DNA of 32,000 nt. Origin: Synechocystis sp. PCC 6803 substr. PCC-P (GTDB lineage Bacteria > Cyanobacteriota > Cyanobacteriia > Cyanobacteriales > Microcystaceae). The stretch covers positions 720,001 to 752,000 of the forward strand of contig NC_017039.1 of the NCBI RefSeq assembly GCF_000284455.1. Reading direction: 5' to 3'. The notes beneath the pieces are model-generated. The model did no database searches and had not been told where the DNA came from. It saw only the letters and a list, made by a program, of their open reading frames with translations. Within the stretch, counting starts at the first letter, position 1. Every line of letters begins with the position of its first letter. Shown here piece after piece: positions 22,185 to 31,527 of this stretch. Made by a program: the position numbers and the translations under genes.

Positions 22185-22789
22185 ACCTTGGCCAGGATGA
22201 AAACATTGCCTTCATTACCACGGCTGATGCGTAAATCTTCGTCTAAATAGGTGATTTCTAGCCAAGCGGCATTGTCCCGACCGGGCAAATTAAAATCCGC
22301 TGGCAGAAAGCGTTTGCCCGTGGAAATTTGTTGGATGAATTTTAAAGGAGATTGATAATTGAGGATTTTTTGTAGGCCGAGAATGGAACGCTCAAATTTG
22401 ACTTCAATGCGTTTGTCGGAAACAGGGATAAAGGAAGCCACCACGGACACTAAACTTTCCAAGAAAGGGATGCCTTCAATTTCCGCCAAATTTACCACCC
22501 TTGACCCCGCCACGTCTATGTACTGATAAATTTGCCCTAATTGCAAAAGGGGAAGGCGATTCAAGCCCAAAATACTTTGGCTGCTGGTGTAGAGGAGTCG
22601 CCAATTACCATCCAGCAAATTTTTCTCCTGGAGTGGTTTGGGATGGGGATTATAGTCTTCCAATTTTTCCACCGCAGAAAGGATGGCCACCCGGTCCCGA
22701 TCTGATGCCAATAGCCCCCGGTTTTTGCCGGCGATCGCCTCTAGGAGATTGGTTTTAAAATCCATATTGGCATCCATACTATTGGGCAC
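22181..22789 (-). CDS. Plastid-lipid-associated protein / fibrillin family protein
   Basis: 202 aa; FKTNLLEAIAGKNRGLLASDRDRVAILSAVEKLEDYNPHPKPLQEKNLLDGNWRLLYTSSQSILGLNRLPLLQLGQIYQYID. Confidence 0.9.
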   Translation of the reverse strand: MPNSMDANMDFKTNLLEAIAGKNRGLLASDRDRVAILSAVEKLEDYNPHPKPLQEKNLLDGNWRLLYTSSQSILGLNRLPLLQLGQIYQYIDVAGSRVVNLAEIEGIPFLESLVSVVASFIPVSDKRIEVKFERSILGLQKILNYQSPLKFIQQISTGKRFLPADFNLPGRDNAAWLEITYLDEDLRISRGNEGNVFILAKV

Positions 22790-22880
22790 GCTAAATCCGT
22801 TAAAAATTTTATTGGGTAGTTACACCAATTATCCCATGTTGGCCGGGACTGGCGATCGGGATTCCCAGAGCATAAAGAAC

Positions 22881-24734
22881 CTAGGCTGATTGCAACCAAT
22901 TGAGGGTTTCAGGAAAACGGGGAATGGACTGAATTAATTTTTTGGTGTAAGCGCTCTGGGGATTTTCGATAATTTCCTGGGCCGTATTGATGGGTTCCGC
23001 CAGTTGCCCCCGGTTCATCACCATAATGCGATCGCCCATGAAACGAACAACGCTCAAATCATGGGAAATAAAAATATAGGTCAGTTGTAAATCCCGTTGT
23101 AATTCCTTCAGCAGATTTAATACCTGGGCTTGCACCGACACATCCAGGGCAGAAACGGACTCGTCACAAATGATAAAACGGGGATTGAGCGCCAAGGCCC
23201 GAGCAATGCAAATCCGTTGCCGTTGGCCCCCAGACAATTCGTGGGGATAGCGGTTAAACCATTGGGGACTAATACCCACCCGTTCCAACAGTTCCGCCAC
23301 CCGTTGCCGTTGCTGCTTAGTGGATTGTTTAGGCTCGTGAATAATCAGTGGCTCTTGGATGGCCCGACCAATGGTCATGCGGGGATTAAGGGAATTGTAG
23401 GGATTTTGGAAAATAATTTGCATTTCCCGCCGTAAACGTCGCCATTGTTGGGATTTTTCCGGTAAAGCAGCCACATTTTGTCCATCAAAGATAATTCGAC
23501 CCGTTTGAATGGGAGTTAAGCGCAATAAAGCCCGAGCTAAGGTGGATTTACCGCAACCGGATTCCCCCACTAACCCCAGGGTTTCCCCCGGATAAACCTG
23601 GAAGGAAACATCATTAACTGCTTTGAAAACGGATTTTTTCCCAAATAGTCCCCCCTGCCCGTAACTAACGGTTAGGTTTTGCACTTCCAGCAGAGGGGGT
23701 TTGGCTTGCAATTGAGCCAGGCGATCGCTTTCCTGGGCCGGAGTAATAACTTGATAACTGGGAGGCGGACCATCAGCATTGAGAAAATCCCCCACCGTGG
23801 GCAAATGGTCTAACTGTATTTCCAAGCGAGGACGACAGGCCAATAAACCTTTGGTGTAGGGATGTTGAGGACTATGCAAAATCTGTTCCTTTAGCCCCTG
23901 CTCAACAATTTCCCCCCGGTACATCACCGCCACCCGGTCCGCAATTTCGTTAATCACCCCCAAATCATGGGAAATAAAAATTAGGGACATTTCCTGATGT
24001 TGTTTGCACAAATCCCGCAGGAGCCGCAAAATTTCCGCCTGCACTGTCACATCCAAAGCAGTGGTTGGTTCATCGGCAATGAGTAGTCGGGGATTGGCGG
24101 AAATGGCCATGGCAATCATCACCCGTTGCAGTTGGCCGCCGGATAGTTCATGGGGATAACGTTTGAGAAAACTTTGTTTCCGCTGTTGGATATAACTAGC
24201 TAAATTTTGGGTTACTTTGCCCCTAGGCTGGGCCTGTTCTTGGGCTAAAAATTCTTCTTCCAGCACTTCATCTTTGGGCAATACCCTCACTTCCTGCAAA
24301 AGGGCGATCGCCTGGTTTTGAGCTTCTTCCTGGGTAACGTTTTGGTGGAGGCGAATTGCTTCAATAATTTGAAAGCCAATGGTATAAACCGGATTAAGGG
24401 AACTCATTGGCTCCTGGAAAATCATGGCAATTTTGCCGCCCCGGTACTGACGCTTGTCCCCCTCTGGCAGAGCAACTAGGTTGACAGGGGAACTCTGGGC
24501 CTGGGCAAAAAAATCAATTTCACTGCTAGGTTCCACCCAGCCTGGCTTGGGCACCAACCCCATAATGCCCAGGGAAGTGACGGATTTACCGGAACCAGAT
24601 TCCCCCACAATGCCGAGGATTTCCCCCCGCTCTAACTCAAAATCAACCCCTTTGACGGCCAACAATTTTTCCCTGGTATCAGCATCGGGGAAAGCAATTT
24701 CCAGTTGACGCACAGCCAAAATCAGGTCATTCAT
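22881..24734 (-). CDS. ABC transporter ATP-binding protein with two ATPase domains (peptide/glutathione type)
   Basis: Track ORF extends to 24833 but begins with GTG; MNDLILAVRQLEIAFPD at 24734 is the more likely start. Two Walker A motifs (GESGSGKS, GESGCGKS) and two LSGGQ signatures (ELSGGQLQR, ELSGGQRQR). Confidence 0.93.
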   Translation of the reverse strand: MNDLILAVRQLEIAFPDADTREKLLAVKGVDFELERGEILGIVGESGSGKSVTSLGIMGLVPKPGWVEPSSEIDFFAQAQSSPVNLVALPEGDKRQYRGGKIAMIFQEPMSSLNPVYTIGFQIIEAIRLHQNVTQEEAQNQAIALLQEVRVLPKDEVLEEEFLAQEQAQPRGKVTQNLASYIQQRKQSFLKRYPHELSGGQLQRVMIAMAISANPRLLIADEPTTALDVTVQAEILRLLRDLCKQHQEMSLIFISHDLGVINEIADRVAVMYRGEIVEQGLKEQILHSPQHPYTKGLLACRPRLEIQLDHLPTVGDFLNADGPPPSYQVITPAQESDRLAQLQAKPPLLEVQNLTVSYGQGGLFGKKSVFKAVNDVSFQVYPGETLGLVGESGCGKSTLARALLRLTPIQTGRIIFDGQNVAALPEKSQQWRRLRREMQIIFQNPYNSLNPRMTIGRAIQEPLIIHEPKQSTKQQRQRVAELLERVGISPQWFNRYPHELSGGQRQRICIARALALNPRFIICDESVSALDVSVQAQVLNLLKELQRDLQLTYIFISHDLSVVRFMGDRIMVMNRGQLAEPINTAQEIIENPQSAYTKKLIQSIPRFPETLNWLQSA

Positions 24735-24910
24735 AGATGTTTGGAGACGGGGAAAGTCGCTAACGGCAGGTGGTGACAGTTCTTTTGCAGGGACATCATC
24801 AAAACAGACAAAATGTGTCCTAAGATTCGCCACTCAAACTCTAGCAAACAGAGCCGCAAAAACCACGGTAGCGTCAATTTCCCCTTACCTCCATCGACAT
24901 ACCTTAACCT

Positions 24911-25168
24911 TTAATCGGACTCCACCGGGACAAAATCCAAATGGTTAAATAGGGTGGTGACAAAGCTAAACAGTAAAAATGGCAACGAAAGCACCAAGAC
25001 CAGACCCACTGTGGCTAGGGCATAGACCGGCCGGGTACTACTGGCCAGGGCCAAGGCGGATGCGAGGGAAAGGAAAATTACAATTAGCCAGACAATGATT
25101 TGGCCATAAATATCCCCAAAGGATAGGGTACAGACCATGCGATATTTGGGTAAGTCTCTTTCCATCAT
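24911..25168 (-). CDS. Small membrane protein, conserved hypothetical
   Basis: Track ORF extends to 25387. The plausible start MMERDLPKYRMVCTLSFGDIYGQIIVWLIVIFLSLASALALASS lies at 25168; two hydrophobic segments. Confidence 0.7.
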   Translation of the reverse strand: MMERDLPKYRMVCTLSFGDIYGQIIVWLIVIFLSLASALALASSTRPVYALATVGLVLVLSLPFLLFSFVTTLFNHLDFVPVESD

Positions 25169-25439
25169 TGAAAAATCCTCTGTTGTGTATGGGGAAACGT
25201 CAACCCCTGCCAGGGCTAATAACATTGACCAATGGTCAAAGCGGCAATTGGCCAAAATTCTAAAGGATATTTCCGTTAATGATGTTAAGTTTTGAGACAG
25301 GGTTAATTGGGGATTAAATTTTGTCCCTGCCCCAAAGCCCAAAACCATTGTTGTTATTATGCTGGGAGTCCATGCGGCGATCGCCAAAGGTTTGTCCTAG
25401 AGTTCTTGAATCTTAAAAATTTCTCCATTCTCCATTTCC

Positions 25440-26225
25440 ATGAAACGACGAAAATTTATTCGTACCGCTGGAGCCGGGTTGCTGGCCGTTGCTGGAGTCC
25501 AAATTGGCGATCGACTCAGACCAGCCACCGCCCAAGCTAGCTCTGGTTTACAGGTGGAGTGGTTGGGCCATAGCGCTTTCCTCTTTTCGGCTAACGGTTT
25601 CCGGATCTTGGCTAATCCTTTCCGGGCCATCGGTTGCACTAAGGGATTTCGTTTGCCCAAGGTGCAGGCAGATTTAGTCCTCATTAGCTCCCAACTGTGG
25701 GATGAAGGGGCAGCGGAGAATTTACCGGGAAACCCGAGAATTTTGTTTGAACCGGGCAGTTACGACATTGGCGGCATCCAATTCCAGGGCATCAGTGCGC
25801 CCCACGATCGCCTGGGAGGAAGAAGATTTGGCCAAAATGTGGTCTGGCGTTGGAGTCAGGGAGGAATTCGGATAGTACATATGGGGGGAGCCGCTTCTCC
25901 CATCACCGAAGAACAAAAAATCCTTTTGGGCAGCCCCGACCTAGCCCTAATTCCCGTGGGGGGCGGGCCCAAAAATTACGACGCCGCCGAAGCCAAGGCC
26001 GCCATGGCCATACTCAATCCCCGCATGGTAGTGCCCACCCAATACGCCACCCCCGCCGCTGACCGGGGCAACTGTGACCTCCAGACCCTGCAACCGTTTT
26101 TGGATTTGGTGGAAGGCATGAATGTCCAACGCATCAATGGCAATAGCCTTTCCCTCCGGGCCAATAATCTCCCGGCGGAAGGGACCCTAATCCGCATCTT
26201 CAGTGAACAAGGATTGTTGGTTTAG
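25440..26225 (+). CDS. Metallo-beta-lactamase-fold (UlaG-like) protein with Tat-type signal
   Basis: 261 aa; MKRRKFIRTAGAGLLAVAGVQIGDRLRPATAQA, then LQVEWLGHSAFLF...ADLVLISSQLWDEG...GIRIVHMGGAA...LIPVGGG. Confidence 0.85.
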   Translation: MKRRKFIRTAGAGLLAVAGVQIGDRLRPATAQASSGLQVEWLGHSAFLFSANGFRILANPFRAIGCTKGFRLPKVQADLVLISSQLWDEGAAENLPGNPRILFEPGSYDIGGIQFQGISAPHDRLGGRRFGQNVVWRWSQGGIRIVHMGGAASPITEEQKILLGSPDLALIPVGGGPKNYDAAEAKAAMAILNPRMVVPTQYATPAADRGNCDLQTLQPFLDLVEGMNVQRINGNSLSLRANNLPAEGTLIRIFSEQGLLV

Positions 26226-26277
26226 GGAGCTTTGGTAAACCTTCAAAGAAGGAGCTCGGACTTTTTAGCAGACTTTC

Positions 26278-26407
26278 TAAGAGCCTGTTTTAAAAGCCCC
26301 CCTGACCCCCCAAATTTTGGGGGAAACTGAGTGAAAGTCCCCCATATTGCCGGAGCTTTAGTGGGTCGATTTAGGGGGCGGAATAAAACTTTCCAAACAC
26401 GTTCTAA
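26278..26407. repeat. MITE-like dispersed repeat, copy 3 (opposite orientation to copies 1 and 2)
   Basis: TAA-GAGCCTGTTTTAAAAGCCCCCCTGACCCCCCAAATTTTGGGGGAAACTGAGTGAAAGTCCCCC...GGAGCTTTAGTGGGTCGATTTAGGGGGCGGAATAAAACTTTCCAAACACGTTC-TAA. Confidence 0.85.
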
Positions 26408-27120
26408 AGGGAACTTTGGGCCGCTTTTCGTTGCTCCGCTAGATAAGTAAATACGGACTTATCGCCAATATCTGGGTCAAGGGGTTGCATTACCTTTCTG
26501 GCCACAAAGATGAGAAATAGAACGCTGGCTGAGACCAGTCCCCCTTTGGCCACGGTCAACGGCAATATTCCGGCCAAATGTCCCAACAGTAACAACGGAA
26601 TAATGGCGGTTAGAAATTTAGTTTCCAAACGATTAAAACAAAATGCTTCCTTGAAGAAAATTCCCGTCAGGGCGGCAAAAGTAAAGCCGATCCCAAGAAT
26701 GGTCCAGGGTTGATCATAGACTGTAGTCACTAGAATCCCTGGGTAGGCAAAACTGAAATAGAGGGCCGCCGTGGTACCGATCGCCCAAAAAATTTGCAAA
26801 GTGCGGTGGAGCACCGCTAGGTAAATGTGAATGGTCCAGAGACTCAACCCCAAACCCCCGGTCATCAGCCAAAAACAAGCCGTGGCTAGGTGAAAGTTAA
26901 CTGCCAAAGGCTGAAAAGGTTGGGCTAAAGCTAGGGCCACCCCCAAACTAAATCCCCCGGCCGCCAAAGCTAGCCCCGTGCGGTAGAGAATTACTTCCCG
27001 GCGATCGTGGTCATTGACGGTGAAGGGGCCAAATTGCCCTTGGTAGGTGGGGTTAACAGAGGTACTTTCTCGCATAATCGTTGCTCCAGAATCAGCACAG
27101 TTCAGACCATTTTCAGCCAT
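26404..27120 (-). CDS. Integral membrane protein (DUF2301-like)
   Basis: 238 aa, multiple TM segments; QGQFGPFTVNDHDRREVILYRTGLALAAGGFSLG, IFFKEAFCFNRLETKFLTAIIPLLLLGHLAGIL. Confidence 0.85.
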   Translation of the reverse strand: MAENGLNCADSGATIMRESTSVNPTYQGQFGPFTVNDHDRREVILYRTGLALAAGGFSLGVALALAQPFQPLAVNFHLATACFWLMTGGLGLSLWTIHIYLAVLHRTLQIFWAIGTTAALYFSFAYPGILVTTVYDQPWTILGIGFTFAALTGIFFKEAFCFNRLETKFLTAIIPLLLLGHLAGILPLTVAKGGLVSASVLFLIFVARKVMQPLDPDIGDKSVFTYLAEQRKAAQSSL

Positions 27121-27334
27121 GGATAACCATTAATCCTAATTATCCCAGGCCTCCCCCTCCATCAGGGGATTTTATGGCGATCGCCATTGCTATTGGTACC
27201 AAAACAAGGATAGAATCTATGCAATCTAAAACTTAAATTACATAACTAAAGGTAAATGATTGCCAAACTATTATTCGGGCCTGATTGGTCTGGGTTTGTG
27301 CTGGTCTAAACGAATAAATAAGGAGGAGCGGGCC

Positions 27335-27679
27335 ATGGTCGCCCTAGAGGCTTGTATTTTTGTGACTGTGATCATCGGCTTTTTAGGTCTGATTTATAAA
27401 TCTAATGTGTTTATGAAAATCATTGCCATGGACGTGATGGGCACTGGAGTCATTGCCTACTATTGCCTGATCGCTTCCCGCACTGGCTTTCTTACTCCTA
27501 TTGTCACTAGCCAGGAATCCACCATTCCCTATGCCGATCCCGTTCCCCAAGCAGTTATCCTCACAGCCATTGTGATTGGTCTATCGATTCAGGCGTTGAT
27601 GTTGGTGGCCACCATGAAACTGGCCCGGGAAAATCCCACCCTAGAAGTAAAGGCGATTGAAAAACAGTACTGGCCATGA
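27335..27679 (+). CDS. Cation:proton antiporter subunit C-like (MrpC/NuoK-related), first copy
   Basis: Track ORF starts at 27260, but MVALEACIFVTVIIGFLGLIYKSN at 27335 is preceded by AAGGAGGAG. NuoK/MrpC-like small 3-TM protein. Confidence 0.85.
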   Translation: MVALEACIFVTVIIGFLGLIYKSNVFMKIIAMDVMGTGVIAYYCLIASRTGFLTPIVTSQESTIPYADPVPQAVILTAIVIGLSIQALMLVATMKLARENPTLEVKAIEKQYWP

Positions 27680-29139
27680 CCCTATTTGCAGTTTCAGCGG
27701 AATTTAATGCGGCGCCCTGGGCCACGGTGGTCATTTGCTTGGCTTTGATGGCGGGCTTCACTGGCTATTTATTGCCTGCCACCATTCGTTTTTTGACTTT
27801 GGCCGTCTGTTTTGGCACTGGATTTTTAGCCTATTTGGGATTTTCTTTGCCGGAAGCCCAGTCTTGGTATTTGTTAGACAGTTTTGGCGTTGTTTTTCAA
27901 CTGGATGCCCTATCGGGTTATTTCCTCTTGACCAATGCCCTGGTGACTTTGGCGGTGTTGGTCTATTGCTGGAATACCGGCCGCTCAGCCTTTTTTTATG
28001 CCCAACTGATCATTCTCCACGCTAGCCTTAATTCCGCTTTTCTTTGTGCGGATTTTATGAGTCTTTATGTGGCCCTGGAAGTGGTGGCGATCGCCGCTTT
28101 TTGCCTGATGACCTATCCTAGGGAACCCCGAATTATTTGGCTGGGACTGCGCTATCTACTGCTGAGCAACACTGCCATGTTGTTTTATTTAATCGGGGTA
28201 GCACTGGTTTATAAAACTAATCAATCCTTTGCTTTTAGCGGTTTAACCCAAGCTCCCCCAGAGGCGATCGCCCTGATATTTTTGGGATTGTTGACCAAAG
28301 GGGGCATTTTTTTGGCGGGACTGTGGTTGCCCCAAACCCATGGGGAAGCGGCCACACCAGTTTCGGCCATGCTATCAGGGGCAGTGGTTAAAGCAGGAGC
28401 TTTGCCCCTATTGCGCTGTGCTTTATTGTCCGATCAACTACTATTATTAGTACAAATTTTGGGGGTAGCCACGGCGTTATTTGGAGTGGTCTATGCCATG
28501 CTGGCCAAGGACAGTAAGCGAATGTTAGCATTTCACACCGTTTCCCAAATGGGCTTTGTGTTGGCGGCCCCCATTGCTGGCGGTTTTTATGCTCTCAGCC
28601 ACGGTTTAGTGAAATCTAGCCTCTTCCTGTTGGCGGGGAATTTGCCCAGTCGGGACTTCAAAGTTCTGAAGAAAACTCCCATTGCCGCTGGTTTTTGGGT
28701 TCCCCTGCTTCTGGCCAGTTCTTCCATTGCCGGTTTTCCCCTACTGGCGGGCTTTGAAGCGAAAACCCTGACCCTCAAAGGATTGCCCCCCTGGTTGGCG
28801 ATCGCCTTAAACATTGCCGCGGTGGGTACAGCCATTTCCTTTTCCAAATTCGTTTTCCTGAAACCAACCTTTGTCGGTAAAACCTATCCCCTGGGCTTAG
28901 GCCTAGCGTTGGTGGTGTTACTCGGCGGTTTGGCCGTGGGTAATGTGGTTTACTGGCAAGCCTTTACCCCCAGTAATTTAATCAAAGCTACCCTGACCTG
29001 CGTGGTGGGGGCAGGACTATATTGGGTCGTGGTCAAAAGGCTAACCCTAAAACTGCCCGATGAAGGAGAACAGGTTGACCATCTGCTCGGCATGATGAGC
29101 ATCAGTTTAACCATTCTCTTTGCCTGGATTTTAGTATGA
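27676..29139 (+). CDS. ndhD5: NADH dehydrogenase subunit 4 / MrpD-like antiporter subunit, first copy
   Basis: 487 aa proton-translocating NADH-Q oxidoreductase family; ...YVALEVVAIAAFCLMTY..., KGGIFLAGLWLPQTHGEAATPVSAMLSGAVVKAGALPLLR. ATGA overlap with the upstream gene. Confidence 0.88.
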   Translation: MTLFAVSAEFNAAPWATVVICLALMAGFTGYLLPATIRFLTLAVCFGTGFLAYLGFSLPEAQSWYLLDSFGVVFQLDALSGYFLLTNALVTLAVLVYCWNTGRSAFFYAQLIILHASLNSAFLCADFMSLYVALEVVAIAAFCLMTYPREPRIIWLGLRYLLLSNTAMLFYLIGVALVYKTNQSFAFSGLTQAPPEAIALIFLGLLTKGGIFLAGLWLPQTHGEAATPVSAMLSGAVVKAGALPLLRCALLSDQLLLLVQILGVATALFGVVYAMLAKDSKRMLAFHTVSQMGFVLAAPIAGGFYALSHGLVKSSLFLLAGNLPSRDFKVLKKTPIAAGFWVPLLLASSSIAGFPLLAGFEAKTLTLKGLPPWLAIALNIAAVGTAISFSKFVFLKPTFVGKTYPLGLGLALVVLLGGLAVGNVVYWQAFTPSNLIKATLTCVVGAGLYWVVVKRLTLKLPDEGEQVDHLLGMMSISLTILFAWILV

Positions 29140-29250
29140 CTACTTTTGCCACTACTACAACTCAGACTCTGGGGTTTAGCCATCCCATTGGGCAAAGAAC
29201 GATGGCATTTGATAACCTGGGGAGATTAATCAAACTGAGGGAGGTGGGTA

Positions 29251-29601
29251 ATGTTAGGGCCAGAAGCCTGTATTTTCGCAGCCGTAATGATTGGTTTTTT
29301 AGGCTTAATTTATAAGCGTAATTTACTGATGAAAATAGTGGCTATGGATGTAATTAGCACCGGAGTAATTGCCTATTATTGTCTCGTTGCTGCCCGCACC
29401 GGAATCACTACCCCCATTGTGGGAGCGGAAGTTTCCTCTGACCCCATACAATACGCCGATCCCTTGCCCCAGGCAGTCATTCTCACAGCCATTGTTATTG
29501 GCTTCTCTACCCAAATTTTAATGTTGGTCATTGCCATGAAGTTAGCCAAGGAAAACCCCACTTTAGAAATTGCCGCCATCGAAAGGGAATATTGGTCTTA
29601 A
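29251..29601 (+). CDS. Cation:proton antiporter subunit C-like (MrpC), second copy
   Basis: 116 aa; MLGPEACIFAAVMIGFLGLIYKRNLLMKIVAMDVISTGVIAYYCLVAARTG, very similar to 27335..27679. Confidence 0.87.
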   Translation: MLGPEACIFAAVMIGFLGLIYKRNLLMKIVAMDVISTGVIAYYCLVAARTGITTPIVGAEVSSDPIQYADPLPQAVILTAIVIGFSTQILMLVIAMKLAKENPTLEIAAIEREYWS

Positions 29602-29650
29602 TCGAAGTTAATTTATTGTTTAACATCAGGCTTTTAAACCCATTTTTTCC

Positions 29651-31138
29651 ATGAATTTTCCCACGGCGATCGCCCCTAACAATTTATTAATTGCCATCGT
29701 CGCCCTCCTGGTCTTGGCACTGATGGGAGCCTTTGGGGGCTATCTGTTTCGTCCCCTGGTGCGGCCCTCGGCCCTACTGATGACCCTGGGCACCATTCTC
29801 TTGGCAGCGGTGGGTTTTGCCCTCCCCAATGCCCAGCAATGGCAGTTAATGGATAGGTTTGGCATTCTCTTGCAGTTGGACAATTTAGGGAGTTACTTTC
29901 TGCTTACCAATGGTTTAGTTACCCTAGCGGTGTTACTTTACTGTTGGGCTTCCCCAAGGACAACCTTTTTTTATGTCCAATTAATGGTACTCCACGTTAG
30001 TCTCAATGCTGCTTTTTTATCTACGGATTTAATCAGTTTATACGTCTGTTTAGAGGTGGTGGGTTTATCTTCCTTTTTATTAATTATTTACCCCCGCCAG
30101 GCCGCCAGCAGTTGGATTGGGTTGCGTTATTTGTTTGTTACCAACACGGCCTTGTTGTTTTATTTAATCGGGGTGATGTTGGTTTATCAGGCCACTAACT
30201 CCCTGGATTTCCAAGGTTTAGCCACTGCCCCCTACGAGGCGATCGCCCTTATTTTTTTAGGACTGTTAATTAAGGGGGAAATTTTTCTTTCTGGGTTATG
30301 GTCACCCCAAACCAGTAGCATTGCCAGTGCTCCTGTGGCGGCCCTGTTGTCGGGCATTGTGGTTAAAGCGGGAATTTTACCCCTGTTGCGCTTTGCTTCC
30401 CTGTCGGAAAGATTGGCCATGATGGTGTGGGGTCTGGCCATTGCCACCGCTCTGTTGGGCATGGGCTTGGGCATGTTTGCCAGGGATAGTCGGCGCATTT
30501 TGGCCTACAGCACCATTTCCCAAATGGGTTTTATTTTGGTAGCCCCGGCGGTGGGGGGATTGTATGCGTTGACCCATGGCTTAGCTAAGGCTTGCCTATT
30601 TTTGTTGGTGGGCAGTCTGCCGGAACGAGATTTGGATAAACTCCAGGCCCAACCTATTTCCTACAAATTATGGTTGCCCATGGTATTGGCCAGTTCCTCT
30701 ATCATTGGCTTACCCATCCTGGCGGGCTTTGAAGCTAAAACCCTGACCCTGGAGACCCTCAGCCTCAATGAACTGCCCTGGACGGGAATTTTAATGAACT
30801 TGGCGGGGGTGGGCACAGCAATTATTTTGGCCAAATTTATTTTCCTCATCCCTAGCTTTGACAAGAATGTTGACCTGGACAAATCCCCCTGGGGCCTGTT
30901 TTTAGCGGTGCTTCTTCTGCTGGGGGCTTTAACCTTGGGCAATGTCATTTATCCCGAAGCTTTTTCCATGGAGAACGGCATCAAAGCCACCGCTAGTTTT
31001 CTGCTGGGTTCAGCCATTTACTGGTGGGGTTTGCGGAAAATTCCTTGGCAACCACCTGATTGGGGGGAACGCTTGGATCATCTGATCGGCACCATGGCCA
31101 TAATGTTGATGTTACTTTTCAGCTCGGTATTAATATGA
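29651..31138 (+). CDS. ndhD6: NADH dehydrogenase subunit 4 / MrpD-like antiporter subunit, second copy
   Basis: 495 aa; SLYVCLEVVGLSSFLLIIYPRQAASSWIGLRYLFVTNTALLFYLIGVMLVYQ, paralogous to 27676..29139. Confidence 0.88.
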   Translation: MNFPTAIAPNNLLIAIVALLVLALMGAFGGYLFRPLVRPSALLMTLGTILLAAVGFALPNAQQWQLMDRFGILLQLDNLGSYFLLTNGLVTLAVLLYCWASPRTTFFYVQLMVLHVSLNAAFLSTDLISLYVCLEVVGLSSFLLIIYPRQAASSWIGLRYLFVTNTALLFYLIGVMLVYQATNSLDFQGLATAPYEAIALIFLGLLIKGEIFLSGLWSPQTSSIASAPVAALLSGIVVKAGILPLLRFASLSERLAMMVWGLAIATALLGMGLGMFARDSRRILAYSTISQMGFILVAPAVGGLYALTHGLAKACLFLLVGSLPERDLDKLQAQPISYKLWLPMVLASSSIIGLPILAGFEAKTLTLETLSLNELPWTGILMNLAGVGTAIILAKFIFLIPSFDKNVDLDKSPWGLFLAVLLLLGALTLGNVIYPEAFSMENGIKATASFLLGSAIYWWGLRKIPWQPPDWGERLDHLIGTMAIMLMLLFSSVLI

Positions 31139-31527
31139 CTGGACTCCTTGATATTGGTTTACGGCTGGGCATTTGGTTTTTGTTAACGGGCAATCTCCGT
31201 CCGGGCAATATTCTCATCGGCCTGATCGTGGCCCTGTTAATTCCCCGTCGACCCATACCTCCCTATGTTTTGCGGGATGGGCTGAGGGTATTTAAGGAAA
31301 TTCTGCTGGCCATTCCCCAGGCTTACATCGAAGCTTGGCAAATGATTCTCCAGCCCCACACCAGAACGTGGGTTGAACGGCAGGAATTTTCCCCCCAACG
31401 AACTAGGGGGCTAATTTTTCTGGATATTTTCCTAATTACCTTTACCCCCAAAACCCTGGTGCTGAAATACCACGAAGAGGGATGGTACGAAATTCATTAT
31501 CTTGGCCCCAAGAAGGAAGAAAAATGA
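31135..31527 (+). CDS. mrpE: Cation:proton antiporter subunit E (MrpE-like)
   Basis: Starts inside an ATGA overlap; MTGLLDIGLRLGIWFLLTGNLRPGNILIGLIVALLIPRR...RVFKEILLAIPQAYIEAWQMILQP. Confidence 0.88.
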   Translation: MTGLLDIGLRLGIWFLLTGNLRPGNILIGLIVALLIPRRPIPPYVLRDGLRVFKEILLAIPQAYIEAWQMILQPHTRTWVERQEFSPQRTRGLIFLDIFLITFTPKTLVLKYHEEGWYEIHYLGPKKEEK

